A stretch of DNA of 38,909 nucleotides from Parvularia atlantis (Eukaryota), in contig CALSCO010000418.1 in the NCBI GenBank assembly GCA_943704415.1, positions 1 to 38,909 of the forward strand, given 5' to 3'. The translations under genes were made by a program, and so were the position numbers. This document shows, in pieces, positions 1 through 13,100 of this stretch (the first letter of the stretch is position 1; the number at the start of each line of letters is the position of its first letter). The notes under the pieces were generated by a model, which had not been told where the DNA came from, ran no database searches, and was given only the letters and a program-made list of their open reading frames with translations.

Positions 1-148
1 GGTTCGGAACTACTCCTTCCAGTTTTCTCTGTGTGTGGAACGACCCGGATGGCTGGGAGCCATGCCGAAGAATAAAGGACAACTCTCTCCCTGGTGTCTG
101 GCCAGACCGCCGGAGGGCGAAACAGCAGATAAGTAGCGTCAATAGTCA
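1..148. other. Compositionally distinct, lower-GC segment at the window edge; possible repeat or LTR end, unassigned
   Basis: Much more A/T than the rest of the window and no GTGCG/CTGAC intron pattern. Contains AATAAA (~71) and the palindrome GTCTGGCCAGAC, and ends ...TCAATAGTCA just before host-like sequence resumes. Confidence 0.25.
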
Positions 149-172
149 AGGCACAAAGTGCTGCGCATACAC

Positions 173-1035
173 ATGTCGGCGTCCGTCTCGGCTGCGCTCT
201 ACGCGGTCGGCTCGTGCTTCTTCATGACGGCGTCGGCGTGCATCCTGCCGGCGCTGCCCGCGGGCGTGGCCGAGGCCGGCAAGCTGCTCTATGTCGCCGG
301 TTCCCTCGCCTTCCTCGCCGCGGCGCTGATGGACCTCCTCGCGGCGCTGCGGCGGCGCTGGGTGGCGGGCGGCGGCGCATCGACTGCGGGCGGCGCGCCG
401 TCGGGCCATCTGCAGCGCGACGACGACGACGAGGGCGACGCGAACGAGGGCGCGGCCGACGCGCTCATCCGCGACAGCAGCGGCGTCAACGCGAGCCCGA
501 TCGCGCCCAAAGCGCCGGCGCCACCGTCGTCGCTGCCGCGCCTCGCCGGCACGACCGAGGCGCTCGTCGTCAGCGCGCTGTTCGCGCTCGGCAGCGCGCT
601 GTTTGTGCTTGGATCGGTCGTGTTCCTTCCCGCCTTCGCCGCGCTCGACCCGCCCGCGCTGCTCACGGGTACGGCCATCTTCAGCTACGGCTGCGGCTGC
701 TACGTCCTCGGCGCCGCCATCGCCGTCGTGCAGCTGCTCTGGCCCTCGACCACGGCGCCCGTCGAGGCGCCGACCGTGCCCAGTGCGCCGCGCGCGCGAT
801 TGGCGCGCCGACGACTGATGATCACTGATCGCGCGCAGACGCCGGGCGGCACAACACCGTCATCCTCACGCTCGTCACGCTCGCGCTGTACGCGGCCGGG
901 TCGCTGCTGTTCATCGTCGGCGGCGTGCTGTACGACAGCGGCATCGACGACGAGGGCGCGGCCGCGCTGTACATCGTGGGCTCGGCGACCTTCCTCGTTG
1001 GCTCCATCTGCGCCATGGCCCTATCGCGGCGGTGA
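173..1035 (+). CDS. YrhK-like multi-pass membrane protein (three two-helix repeats), 1 intron (783-838)
   Basis: ATG 173. Repeated motifs LYAVGSCFF/LYVAGSLAF, LFALGSALFVLGSVVFLP and LYAAGSLLFIVGG/LYIVGSATFLVGS. Removing the GT-AG intron 783-838 restores the frame to TGA 1033-1035. Confidence 0.7.
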
Positions 1036-1071
1036 CCTCTGTACAGCACAGGCACAAAGCTCACGTTTCCT

Positions 1072-4000
1072 CTAGCTGGCGCGACGCGCGAAGAAGCCGT
1101 CGATGCGCGCAAGCACGTCCGCGAACGGCACGCCCGCCGCGAACGACTCGGCGATCCAGCCCGGCAGCCGCGCGCGCTTGTGGCTGAAGCGGCGGTCCAA
1201 CAGCACGATCACGGCGTAGTCGTCCCTGTGGCGGATCGCGCGGCCTGCACATGTGCGCAAGCGTGTGAGAAGTGCGCGGCCCTGCGCACCTGCGCGCGAC
1301 ACGCACCGATCGACTGGTTCACGGCCTTCATGCACAGGTTCTCGTAGTACTCGTCGCCCTGCGGTCAACGTGTACCGTCGTCAGCGCGCGGCACCGCCCG
1401 TCATACGCGCACCTGCTGAGGCCGCAGCCAGTTGAGAAAGTCGATCTTGGCGCGCAGCGCCGACGCGAAGCGGTTGGCGTACGGCAGGCCCACGACCACA
1501 ACGCCGCGCCCCATTCGGTCCTTGAAGTTGATGCCCTCGCTCATCTTGCCGTTGACCACGCACAGCAGCATTGCACCGCGCGCCGTCTCCTGTGCGCATC
1601 GCAGTGAGCACGAGATCTTGCACAGCCGAGACGGACGCAACGATGCTCTCGGCGTACGCCGCTAGCGTCGACTCGACCGCCGCGGTCGTGCGAGGCTCAA
1701 CGTAGATCTGGCGGCGCAGTCAGGGCGGGCGCGATCATGGACGTCGCACGCACATGCTTGACCGCCTGCAGCCGCCCGTACAGGCCAGTCGCGCGCCAGC
1801 GCTCGCACAGCTGCTCGACGTAGTCAAACTTCTGGAAGAACACGATGAGACCGTCTGCGCACAGGCATGAGCGAGCGCGTGAAGCTGGGTGGCACGCTGC
1901 AGCGCACCGGGGATGCGCTGCGCCAGCTGCACGAGGCTCTCGCCGACCTCGTCCATCAGGCGCACGTCGCCGCGGCGCTCGAGCACGAGCTTCGCGGCTT
2001 GCGCGGTCAGCAGCAGACGGTCCAGCTATGCGGCGAACCTCAAGGCCGTGGCCGCTGGGCCCCGCATCGACGGCGAGGCACATGACCGACGTCGGCGGCA
2101 CGACGTGGCCACACTCGAAGGCCGTGAAGCGGTCGCTGGGCACCTTTGTGGCGCACGCGTGAGGCCAGGGCCACTGCAAGGCGGAATGCGCGCGCCTTGG
2201 GGAAGAGTAGGTTGCGGAACTCGCTCAGGGGCTTCATCGTGCCGCCGAGGAGCAGCACCGCGCGGGCGCGGCTCACGACGTCCTCGAACGCGCGCGCCGG
2301 GTTGAGCAGGATGAAGCGCATGAGGTCGCCCTGGATCATCACGCGCCCGTCCTGGTCGCTGTGCGCGCACACGCCCACATCAGCCTTGCGCATGGCAGCG
2401 GGCGCGCACACCTGTTGGTCAGTGCCGTCAGGAACGCCTCGACCGCGTGCATCGGCGACGTCGGGCGCACGCCGTCGTGTTCGTCGGCGCCAGTGTGCAT
2501 GGCCACGCCGCGCCCGTCTGCGTGCTCGACAAAGCCGTGCAGCTTGCGCGCGAGCTTGCTCTCATCGAGGAAGCGGCACATCTGAGCGCCGCCGCTGGTG
2601 TCAGCCAATGGCAGCAGCGCAGGGCAGCGGGCGCGAGCCTTGAACAGGTTGATCGTGTCCACATTCGACGAGAAGCCGGTCCAGAAGTCGGCCAGAGTCA
2701 CCACCTGATCGCCCGACGAACCTGGTGCCGCCTTTGCCCGCGCCTGCATGCGCGTCACGAACGCGCCCAGCAGCCGCTCGAGCATCTTGAGCGACACCTG
2801 CCCGACAGCGTTCGCGTCAGCTGCGCACACAGACACGCACGCTGTGCGCACCAGGTTGGCCGACAGCAGCCGCGCGCGGTACCGCTGGATGTAGCGCCGC
2901 AGGTGCGTCAGCGCCTCGTCCGCCTGCGGCAGGGTGAGCGTCGCGCTGTACAGCTCGGCGACCTGCGCGGTTGTGTGCGCGTGTTGGTGACGGCAGCGCA
3001 GGCGTTGTGCATGGGCACACGGTGTCGATGAGGTTGTGCGCCTCGTCGATGACGACAACTTGCTCGTCAAGCTTGATGCCGAGCGACTCGCGCGTGCGCC
3101 GGTGCAGCAGCATCTGGTAGCTGCGCCGTGCGTCTCAGCCGCGCTCCCAGCACAACAATGTGACTGCGCAGCACGCACGGCAGCGTCACCAGCTGCGCCA
3201 CTGGCACCGATGCACGCGTCGCGTAGTACGGACACGACCCGTGGCGGCGGCCAAGCGCAGCAGCCTCCTCGACGTCGGCCTGCATCGCCGTGAGCGCACG
3301 TGCTGCGTGCTACGTCGCGGCCGCACCGGTGCCGTGCGCAGCGCGTAGACTAGCGGCGGCTGGCGCGTCTTGTCGATGTACGGGCAGCGATGCTTGGACG
3401 TGGCGCTCTGCGCATCACTCGGTTGCCGCCAGCATGACGCGACACACACAGGCGCACCTTGGTCTGCATGTCGACGCAGATCTCGTTCACGCGCGTCGCC
3501 GAGCGGTTCAGCTTGTTGACACTGTCGTTGACGCACAGGCTGGCTCGCGAGCCGCGCGTCAGCCGCGTCTCCAAGTGCATGCAAGACGCACTTCTTGCGC
3601 GAGCCGAGCGACACGACAGCGATCTCGGCCGCGAAGCGCGTGCGCTTGAGCTCGCCCAGGAACTGCGCCAGCTGCGAGTGCGTGCGGCTGCAGTAGTAGA
3701 TCTTCTGCACGTGCGGCGCGTCGTCCTCTGCCGCGACGCCGGCGTGAGCAGATGGCTGCTCCCACCCATCAAGCGCACCGTCCGCCGCCAGCACTGCGCT
3801 GTTCAGGCTGCTGCTGTTGTCCTCGTCGACCTCGTCGAGCAGGAACTCTTCGTCGTCGCCCGCAGCGCCGTCGTCGTCGCCCGCTGCCGTCTCGACGCGA
3901 GCGCGTTTCATCGACTGCGCAACCTGTCAGCAGGCGCGTGCACCGCAATCATCGCACGAACGCGCTCGGGCAGCGACGGCGCCGGCGGTGGCGGGCCAAG

Positions 4001-4424
4001 CGGCGGCGGCAGCAGCGCCACGGTGGGCGTCGCGCCGTCGTCTTTGGGCACGAACGCGCGCATCCAGTCCGGATCATCGCCGTTGCCCGCGTCTGCCGCT
4101 GGCGCTGCCGGTCGCCGCGCGTTGTCCAGCAGCCACTGCACGGCGCTGCACAGCAGGCTGAGCGACTTGCCCTGCGGCCCACGCGATCAGAGCCGCGATG
4201 TGGCGCCACAGCGCAATCGGCGCACGGTGCCGGTCGGGCTCTCGAGCACGGCGACCTTGCGCGTCTCGATGGCCTCGTACACGGCCCTCATCAGCGCGAT
4301 CTACGCGGCATCCATCCATCATGAGCCAGAGCGACGCACACGACGCAGAGCACACGACCTGGATCGCGTACGGCGCCGCGTACGGGAAGGCTTCGAATGC
4401 GCTTGGCGCCTCCAACGCAGCCAT
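1072..4424 (-). CDS. DDX11: Fe-S DNA helicase DDX11/CHL1 (XPD family), about 19 introns
   Basis: Spliced motifs: [10 protein letters not shown] (Q motif), [29 protein letters not shown], four Fe-S cysteines (LCVN, EIC, RCPY, SCPYY), [63 protein letters not shown]. Confidence 0.93.
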
Positions 4425-4513
4425 GTGACAGACGTGGCCGCTTGTCACACTTCCACTGTTACAAATCATCAGCGGCCGAGTCTCTGACGCCACTTATCAA
4501 ATTTACGATAAAT
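4425..4513. promoter_or_regulatory. Putative bidirectional promoter (DDX11 / UBXN6)
   Basis: 89-bp AT-enriched spacer between divergent ATGs. Confidence 0.5.
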
Positions 4514-6085
4514 ATGTTCGACGCAGTGCGCAAGCTCTTCACAGGTGATCGCTTCGTTGGTGCGTCGTGCTGCGCGTCGTGCTGCGCGTCGTGCTGCGCG
4601 TCGTTTGGCGCTGAGGCGTGCGTGCTGCAAGGCGCCGACGAGGGCAGGCGACTCGACCAGCCGCAGCCGCGCCCGCCCGCCCCACCCGGCGCCGCGCAGC
4701 CGCCGCAGCAATTGGCCGGCGCGAGCCGCGCGGGGCAGGCGGCGCTCGAGCGTTTTGAGAAGAAGCAGGCGCCGGCGGGCGGGCGCAAGCGGACAGCGAG
4801 CACAAGCGAGAGCGGTGGCGCGCGGTGCGTGGCGGCGGGTGGCGTGGAAGCCGTGACTGATCACGTGGCGCTCTTAGCGACCACAGCGCGGCCACGTCTT
4901 CGCCCGCACAGCCCGCGCAGCCACCTCTGAGTCGGCCGCCGCCGCAGCAGCAGAAGAGAGCAGAGGCGACATATGCGCAGACGCTGCCGGCCGAGCCGCT
5001 CGCCGCCGCCGTTCACAAGCTGCGCTTCCCTGCGACCGACGTGGACGACGCGGCCATCGATGTGCGCGCGCGCGCACGTGCCGCCCATCCGCACATCTGA
5101 ACGCGCGCTTGTGCACGGCAGGGCTGCGTGAAAGTGCTGCTCAAGTACCTCGAGAACGCGCTCACGCATGCCGACGACGACAAGTACCGCCGCATCCGCC
5201 TCGGTAACGCCGTCTTTGTCGACAAGGTCGCGCCCGTGCCCGGTGCACGCGGTGCGCGCCTCTTCGCCCTCTGTTCGCACGGTGGCTTGACGCGTTCGCG
5301 ACGGCAGCGCTGCTCAAGTTTGTCGGCTTCGCCGAGACGCAGGCCAGCCAGGACGAGGGCGGCGCGACCGAGGCGTTCCTGGTCCTGCCCGCGGGCTTCG
5401 ACGCGGCCAAGCTTGAGCGCGCGCGCGAGCTGCTCATGCGCGAGCCCGAGTTCAACCGCGACGTGCACGTGCGTACGGACGCTTTGCGATCAGCGGTGGC
5501 GCTGAGCAGGCGCTGCAGGTGTTTGCGCCGTCTGCCGGGTCCGTCAACACGTTCGCGGATCTGCCGGACTCGTTCTACCAGCTCACGCGCGAGGAGGCCA
5601 TGTATGACATCAAGGCGCGGCGTGCCAAGTGCGTTCGTGCCCGTGGCGTAGCAGCAGACTGACGGGTGCGAGCAGGGCCGAGCTTGAGGCGACGCTGCGA
5701 ACGCGCGAGATGCGCGAGCGCGACGTGCAGAAGAACGCGAGCGCGCCGTCGCCCGTCGCGTGCATCCGCGTGCGTCTGCCGGACGGGTACACCCTGCAGG
5801 GCCGCTTTGCGTCGCGTGAGACCGTTCAGGACGTCTTCACGTTTGTGCGCCAGTGCCTGAGCGACCCCAGCTGGTGCGTCGAGTGTGCCATGCGTTTCCT
5901 GATGCGCTGACATGCGCGCGCACAGCGACTTTGTGCTGATGGCGCCGCCGTCGACGCGTCTGGACGCGGCCAGCACGCTGACGCTGCACGCGGCACAGCT
6001 CACGCCGGCCGTGCTGCTGCACCTGACCGTGCCGAGCGGCGGCGCGGCGCGGCTGTCAGAAGCGCTGCTGGCCATCGTGCAATGA
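4514..6085 (+). CDS. UBXN6: UBXN6/UBXD1-like p97 cofactor (VIM-like, PUB and UBX domains), about 7 introns
   Basis: AGQAALERFEKK (VIM-like); PUB KVLLKYLENALTHADDDKYRRIRLGNAVFVDKVAPVPGARALLKFVGF; DLPDSFYQLT; LRTREMRE; UBX IRVRLPDGYTLQGRF. Stop TGA 6083-6085. Confidence 0.85.
4562..4604 (+). repeat. 12-bp tandem repeat (GCGTCGTGCTGC) x3.6 in the first UBXN6 intron
   Basis: Directly visible in the sequence. Confidence 0.9.
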
Positions 6086-6127
6086 TGCATCTGTCTACAT
6101 GTGTGTCTGCTGCGCAGCTGCATCTGT

Positions 6128-7123
6128 TTAGCCTGCTGTGCTCGGCGATGGCAATGCTGCACTCGCCTCCATCGCCACGCTCGGCCCGCCTGCCTCCATC
6201 GCCACGCTCGCCCCGCCTGTGTCGCTCGCTCTTGCAGCGCGCCGTGCGGCACCGAGATCTACGACAACCTCGTCCAGCCCGCGGTCGACCGACGGCACCA
6301 GCTCCCACGGCGTAAAGTACTCGCCGCGCTTGAGCGCGCGTGGCTGCGGCACCTCCCGTGCACCCGCCGGCACGGCCGAAGACGTGTGTCGTCGCTCGAT
6401 CGGAGGCGCGTCGCGCGCAGCAGCCGCGGGCGAGGCGCGCCGCCGATCGAACGACGCCTGCGCCGACGCGGTCCGCGCGGCCGCGACGGGCGGGATGGGC
6501 GGCGGCGGAACCTTGTCCTCGGGCATGAGGAAGAGCAGCATCAGCACGGCGCAGCCCACGCCAGAGATCAGCAGCACGCGCGCCGTCGCGCCCCAGCTGG
6601 TCGAGTAGCGCAGGCTGCCGTGGATACCGTCGCCTGCGTCGTGGAACCTGTGCGCGCGCACGCTGATCGTCAGCACATCACGTGTGCCCACGAGGCAGCT
6701 CGGCGCACTGGTAGTGGTTGCGGTAGTGCGCCGACGCGCTGTTGAAGCCCGAGTACGCCGACGTGTACGGGTTGTAGCCGCGGCTCGTGTTCGCCGTCAC
6801 GCGCAGCGTCGCGTCGTACCTTGCGCGGTCCGCATCTGCCGCGCACGGTGCACTCAACACGGCGATCCGCGCAACCCGGCGGCAGCGGAGGGGGGCGCGC
6901 ACTGTTGGACAGGATCGCGTATGCCTCGCTGATGCGCTTGAACCGCACGGCGTCGCCGTCGGCGCGATCGGGATGCTGCGCGTACGCCATCATCGCCAGC
7001 CGCACAGCCAGTCGCGCGTCTTGCACACACCCATCGCTGCGCCAGCGCACGATACGCGCTGCGCACGTCCTCGGGCGACGCCGTCGGCGCCACGCCGAGC
7101 GTCTCGTAGTGGCACGGCGGCAT
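6128..7123 (-). CDS. J-domain (DnaJ type III) protein with a transmembrane segment, 3 introns
   Basis: MPPCHYETLGVAPTASPEDVRSAYRALAQRW|HPDRADGDAVRFKRISEAYAILSN...RARYD; hydrophobic stretch VLLISGVGCAVLMLLFLM. The C-terminal end is taken from the open frame to TAA at 6128. Confidence 0.8.
6165..6218. repeat. 27-bp tandem duplication near the 3' end of the J-protein gene (GGASVAMEA/GGPSVAMEA)
   Basis: gcctccatcgccacgctcg(g/c)cccgcct x2 with one mismatch. Confidence 0.9.
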
Positions 7124-7197
7124 GCGCGCAACAAGGTCGATCGGCACAGCACGTCGTCACGCAACCTCACCACTGTGACGCACACACTTCGCCCAGG
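7124..7197. promoter_or_regulatory. Putative bidirectional promoter (J-protein / CARMIL-villin)
   Basis: 74-bp spacer between divergent ATGs. Confidence 0.45.
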
Positions 7198-10100
7198 ATG
7201 GATGCGCGACGACCGTCGATCTTGCGCTCGCTCGAGGCCTTCGCGCCGCCGCCGGACGAGGCGTTTGCGCGCGAGCGCTGCGGTGTGGCGGGCTGCGATT
7301 CGCGGGTGATCGCTGACGGCGTGGTGATGCGCAGACGCCGTTGTGCAGCGGCTGAGCGCGGCGCGTGGCGCGCGTGTGCTATTCGCAGACGTCGTGGCCG
7401 TGCAGTGGCGCAAGGCGCCCAAGATGGTCGAGGTGCTGGCCGTGGTGGATGCGTATGGGCTACTCTTCGTGCACAATGAAAAGGTGGCGTGGCCGTGCTC
7501 CGCGCCACAACCGGCACAAGTTAACCGCGCGTGAGAAGCTGATGTTTACGATCCACCTGCTCGAGCTCATGAGCCTCGTCACGACCAGGCCGACCGAGGT
7601 GGCGTCGGCCGCGCGCTCGCTCGGCTCCGGACGCGTGACGCAGACGCGCGCCCCACCCGCCAGATCACCATCAGCGCGACCATCTCGGCCGTGCCGGCCA
7701 CGTTCTCGAACCATGCGCAGTCACAGAGCACGGCCGTAGGCGACGAGATCGCGGGCGCGGTCGTGCGCGCTTGGGCAGACAGCTTCCCGACCGCGCGCGA
7801 GTGCCCGTTCCAAATTCTCATCCCAGACTCGCGGTGAGAGCGCCAGCATGCCCGCTACTACAGCCGAACTGACAGCGCGTGCTTGCAGATCGGCCGCGAT
7901 CCAGGTCCCGCCATCGCAGCGGCTGCTCGTCTGCGGCGGCGTGATGGAGGCGTACAGCGCCGCGTGCCACTTCATCCCGGGCTTCATCTCGCCGCGCGAG
8001 GACTTTGCCGACATCTTTGAACTGCTGCACGCGCAAGTGCGCCACGCGGCTGCAGAGCGTGCGACGAGTCATCGCTGATCGATCGCCGCAGAGCGTCACA
8101 AGGTTGCGCATGACTAGCTTCCCAAACCTGGACTCGGCGCACCTCGCCGCGCTGCTCCACGCCGTCAAGTTCAACGTGCGCGGTCGCCTGCGTGTGCACT
8201 CATCGCTCACTCATGCAGCGCCGGCAGGCGTACTTCACCGAGCTGATGATGGAGCGCGCCGTCGACTCGATGCGCACGGGCGCGTCGCTGCTGGAGGACA
8301 AGACGTTCGTGCACGCGTACTTGCACAACGACGAAGCACAACTCACGCGGGCGCGCTACGACAGCGTCACCGGCGCCGTCACCGAGATGGCCGAGCTGAT
8401 CCAACCCAAGTACGCCGTCGACGGCGAGCCGGCCGTGCTCGACAGCGGTGCGTGTGCTGGGGCTAGGCTGCACGCTTCGCACCCTGAAGCATTGTGGCAG
8501 GCCTCGCGTTTGACGAGGTGGCCGAGGCGGCGTTCGTCGGCCTGCTCGGCTACAACCGTGCGATCACGAAGGTCGTTGCGCCATCGGTAAGCGCACTGCA
8601 CGGGCAGCTGGCGCCATCTGACACTGCGTGCACACGCGCAGATGGGGCTCACCGCCACGACGTTCCTGCAGCTGCGCGACGCGATGAACGAGCGTGCGTC
8701 GCGCGCCTCATTGTCTGTCAAGTGGCTGGACGTGTCGGACAACGCGATCGGCGACTGTGCGCGCGCACCTGCACGCCTGCGCGGCGCGCTGATGCCGCGT
8801 CGCAGCGGGCGTCGAGGCGCTGGCCGAGGTGCTGGCCGCGCTGCCATACATGCCCGCAGCGCTCGGACTCGCACGGCTCGGCATCACGCGGTGCGCGTCG
8901 TTGTGCGCAATGTACTGCACACGCTTACGCGTCGTCTGCACGCACACGCAGGAAGGGCCGTGCGATGGTCGGCCTGCTCAACGCATTCCGCCGCAACGTG
9001 TTCACGGGCAACTCGCTCAGCGCGCTCAACCTGAGCGACAACAAGTTCGACACCGAGGCGATGTCGGCGCTCGCGGCCTGGCTCGCGCTGCCCAACTGCC
9101 TGCAGGCGCTCGGGCTAGCCAACACGGGCGTGAACCTTGACAAGATCAGCGGTGTGCGCTGCTCGCGTCTGCTGCGATGAGCCGTTGAGCAGCCACTGCC
9201 GCCAGACGCGCTCTCTCGCGGCTGTGTGTCGCAGCTGCGGTGCCTCGACCTGTCGCGCAACGGCATCAAGTCGTGCGCGTCGCTGCTGCTGTTCATGAAG
9301 ACGTCGCAGTCGCTGCAGGCGCGTCCTGCCGTGCTGTTGCCGGGTGCGCTGCGCTGATCGGGCGTCTCCGCAGATCCTCGACCTGTCGCAGAACCCGCTC
9401 GTCGTCGACAGCCTGCAGGACCTGCTGCGCACGCTCATTGTCAACTTCTCGCTCTTTGACGTCGACCTGCGCCTGTGCAACATCGGGCTGGACGCCGACG
9501 GCGGTGCGGGACAGCGAAGCGTGCTCGGCGTTGCGCTCACGCTGCCGTCGCAGCCGAGGTCATCTTCGCGATGATCTCAAACAACATCCGCAAGCTCAAC
9601 GTAGGCGACAACCGGCTCGGCGCGCAGGGCCTCGAGGTCGTCGGCAGCGGCATGGCCGTCAACACGAGCCTGACGGAGCTGCGCGTGGACCGCTGCTTTT
9701 TTGTGCGCCTCGAGCCTGTGCCTAGCCATTGAACTGCTGACGCGCGACGTACCGCAGGCGCCGAAGAAGCAGCAGCGCTTTGTCGACAGCTTCTGCACGT
9801 TCCTGCGCAGCAACACGACGCTCAAGTATCTCTCGATGCGCGGCGACCCCGCGACGTGCCTGCGAGCAGAGCTGGTATGCTCACTGTATGCCGCTGTGCA
9901 CCGCCCGCTGACGCTGAAGGCGCGCAGATCCCGATCATCGAGGAGCTGGCAAAGAGCAAGCTCGTCGCGGTCGACATCACGGGCCACGAGGCCGGCGACG
10001 CGCTCGGCGTGACGATCGGGCGGTGCGCCTAGACCCGCCCGCGCCGGCCGCACTTACTCACCACCCGTCTCGCGCTGCCCAGCGTGCTCAAGGCCAACAA

Positions 10101-13100
10101 GACCCTGCGTGCGCTGGACTACGACTTCAACGGCGTGGGAGCGCACGGTCTCGAGTACATCCGCGAGGGCCTCGACAGCAACACGACGGTGCACGTCCTG
10201 TCGATCCCCGTGCACGACATCGCGACTATGACCAAGTCGAGCAAGAGCAACAAGTCGGCCATCACGGCGATCGTGCGCGCGATCGAGGCGCGCCTGGCCG
10301 CCAACGCCGCTGCCCTGGCCAACCCTGTGGCGGCGGCGTCTGCCGCACCTACGACCTCTGCGATGACCGCCGCCGCGTCGGCCGCCGCCCCCGACGGCGT
10401 GCGTGCGCGCAACCGCGCCTCGATGGGTGCGATCGTGTGCAGACGCGTTGCGGGTGCGCTGATGGCTGCATCCGCGCAGCTCGGCCGTCTCTCACGGGTG
10501 CGCTGCTGCCGGCGCCCGGCGGTGACGCGCGCCGGCTGACGATTTTCTCGGGCGGCGACCTGAAATACGTCGTGCGTGCACTGGGCGCCGCTCGGTGTGC
10601 GCTCGCCTCACCGCGCGCGGCGCAGAACACGGCGCGGCAGCGCGAGCTCGACAACATGGTGCACCGCATTCGGTGCACCGGCCGCACGCTCACGCCCGAG
10701 CAGGAGAAGGGTGCGGCTCGCAATGCATGAGCTTCCGTGGCCGCTGAGTCGCTGCGGCGCGGCAGTCTTCGGCGATGTCGCGTATCACACCGAGTCGCTC
10801 GGTGCGCTGCAGCTGCACCAGGAGGCCGTGCTCGACCAGCTCAACACGGACCTGCAAAAGCTGGCTGAGAAGCTGGCCAAGGTGAAACGGCGGAAGGGAG
10901 CGAATTTGGGTCGTGCTGACCTGCCGCCGCGAGCAGGACGCGTCCGAGCTGATCACCAAGGCGCACGCGGCGATCGAGAGCGAGGCGCTCGAGGCCGCGC
11001 GCTCCAAGTACAAGTCTGTCGGCTCCGACGCGCAGGGTGCGCCGGCCATGCCTGCCGTGGTCTATGAGTGTTCACCGCCTGGTGCACCAGCATCGCTCGC
11101 CAACACGCTGACGGCGACGTGCCCGCCGTACTCGAGCGACTTGATCGCTAAGGCGGCCGCCGACACGTGCCATCTCGGGTGCGCCTGAAGCCTGGCGCAG
11201 TCGTGCGCGCTCATCGACGGCGGCAGGTGGCGCCGGCTCGAGGCCGAGGCATCGCGCGTGCTGATGAGCGTCTACGCGAACTTCCTATACGACACGTTCC
11301 AGTCGGGCCTCGAGGTGCCGTCGCCCCTACTCGGCAGCCTGCGCCTCGTTGAGCCACCGACGCTGCGCCAAGGGCGTCCTGCAGGGCATCGTGGCCGAGG
11401 GGCGCGAGCGGCTCGAGTCGTCGGTCACGAGCGGCACCGCGCGGCCGGGCACGCAGTGCGCGCTTCGTCGCGTGCACCGCGCACGCGTGCATGACGCTGT
11501 GCGCAGAGGACGCGCGGCCGGGGCGGTCGGCGCATCGGCAGCAGGGTCTGTGCGCGGCGGGCCGACGGGGCCGGGCGGCCGCAAGCTGGTGTTGACGAAC
11601 GACCCGAGCGAGGACCAGCTGCTCGTGCTGCCGGACGAGGACTGGGTGCGTCTGGCCCCCCTCGCGCCCGGCACGCGATCGTGCGGCTCACGTACCTGAG
11701 CTCGGCCAGGACTCGAGCGGCGACGAGCTGGAGAAGATCATGGCCACGGGCGACATCGACCAGGATAAAGTGCGGCACCAGCTGCTGTTTGGTGCGGCGC
11801 GCGCGCTGGCCGGCGAGAGAGCGTGTCTCACGATGATGCACGCGGCCTAGGCTTCCCCGTGCGCGTGCACAACAACGATGGCACGCGCAAGAACACGGGC
11901 GCGCAGTGTCAGCTGTACTGCGACATCGAGCTCAAGAAGCTCATGTGGCGCAGGCCGTACCAGAAGCACGACAGCAAGGTACGCACGTGCGCTGCGCGAG
12001 GACAGCGGCTGACAGCGGTCGCAGGACACGGTGCTCGTGGGCGACATTGTCGGCATCCACGCCGGCAAGGACATGGGCAAGCACTTCCGCGACACGAAGA
12101 GTGCGTCGCCGCACGTGTCCAGCGGCTGGACCCACTGATGGCGTTGCCACTGCAGACCTGCCCGACAACCGCTGCTTCTCGATCCTCACGCCAACATTCA
12201 CGCTCGACCTCGAGGCGCCCACATCGAAGCAGCGCGCCAAGTGGGTCTTTGCGCTGCAGCTGCTGGTCGGTGGCCTGATCAAGACGGAGGAGGAGGAGGA
12301 CGGTGTGAGGCAAACTGCGCGCACCGCTGGCCGTGGGTCTCATGCACGTGCCCGCAGACGAGGACGACTACGAGTTTGTCTCCAGCAACGACCTCAAGTC
12401 ACCTACGAACGCCGCGCAAGAGGAAGAAGAGGAAGAGGAGGACGACGACGAGGACGAGTACGACGACAAGCCGCCCGCTCCGCAGCCGCCACCGCAGCAA
12501 GCCAAGCCTGCAGGTGCGCGCTCTGGCGGGCACGATCACACGTCTGACCTCGTCGCGCGGGCACAGCTGCGGCGTTTGTGCCGCGCCCGCTACCTGCCGT
12601 ACCGACGGTTGTCTCCAGCGCTGCGCAGGTCGTCCCGCACGCATCTGGCGCGATCGCCGGATGGGCCGCCGGTGCGCACTTTCTCGTTGCACGCGCGTGC
12701 GGTGCTGACAGGTGCACAGCGTACGCGTCGTCGGCAGCCACAGCAGCGCCGGCATCGGCAGCACCGCCGCCGCGCACGACCGTCTCGACCACGGGGACGA
12801 GTTCGCAGACGCAGATCGAGCTTGTGCGCGCTGCACTATCCTCGCCTGCGTACGCTTACTCGCACGCGCGCAGAGCCCGATCGTCCCGGCAGAGCGCCCG
12901 CAGGCCAACACGGTGTCTGCCGCGCTAAGCAAGTTTGGCACACCGGCACCGCGCCTGTCCAAGGGTGCACCCTGCTGCTGCTTTGTCTAGCCGATCTGAC
13001 CGGCACACTGTGTGCAGCACCGTCGCCGACCGCCGCATCGCAGACCGCCCTGACCGCGCCGGTGGCTCCGCTGCCCAGGGCGGGCGACTCGGGCCTCACA

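Noticed and set aside
4562..4604. Short direct repeats as a CRISPR array
   Set aside because: These are head-to-tail tandem units without spacers, located inside a eukaryotic intron.
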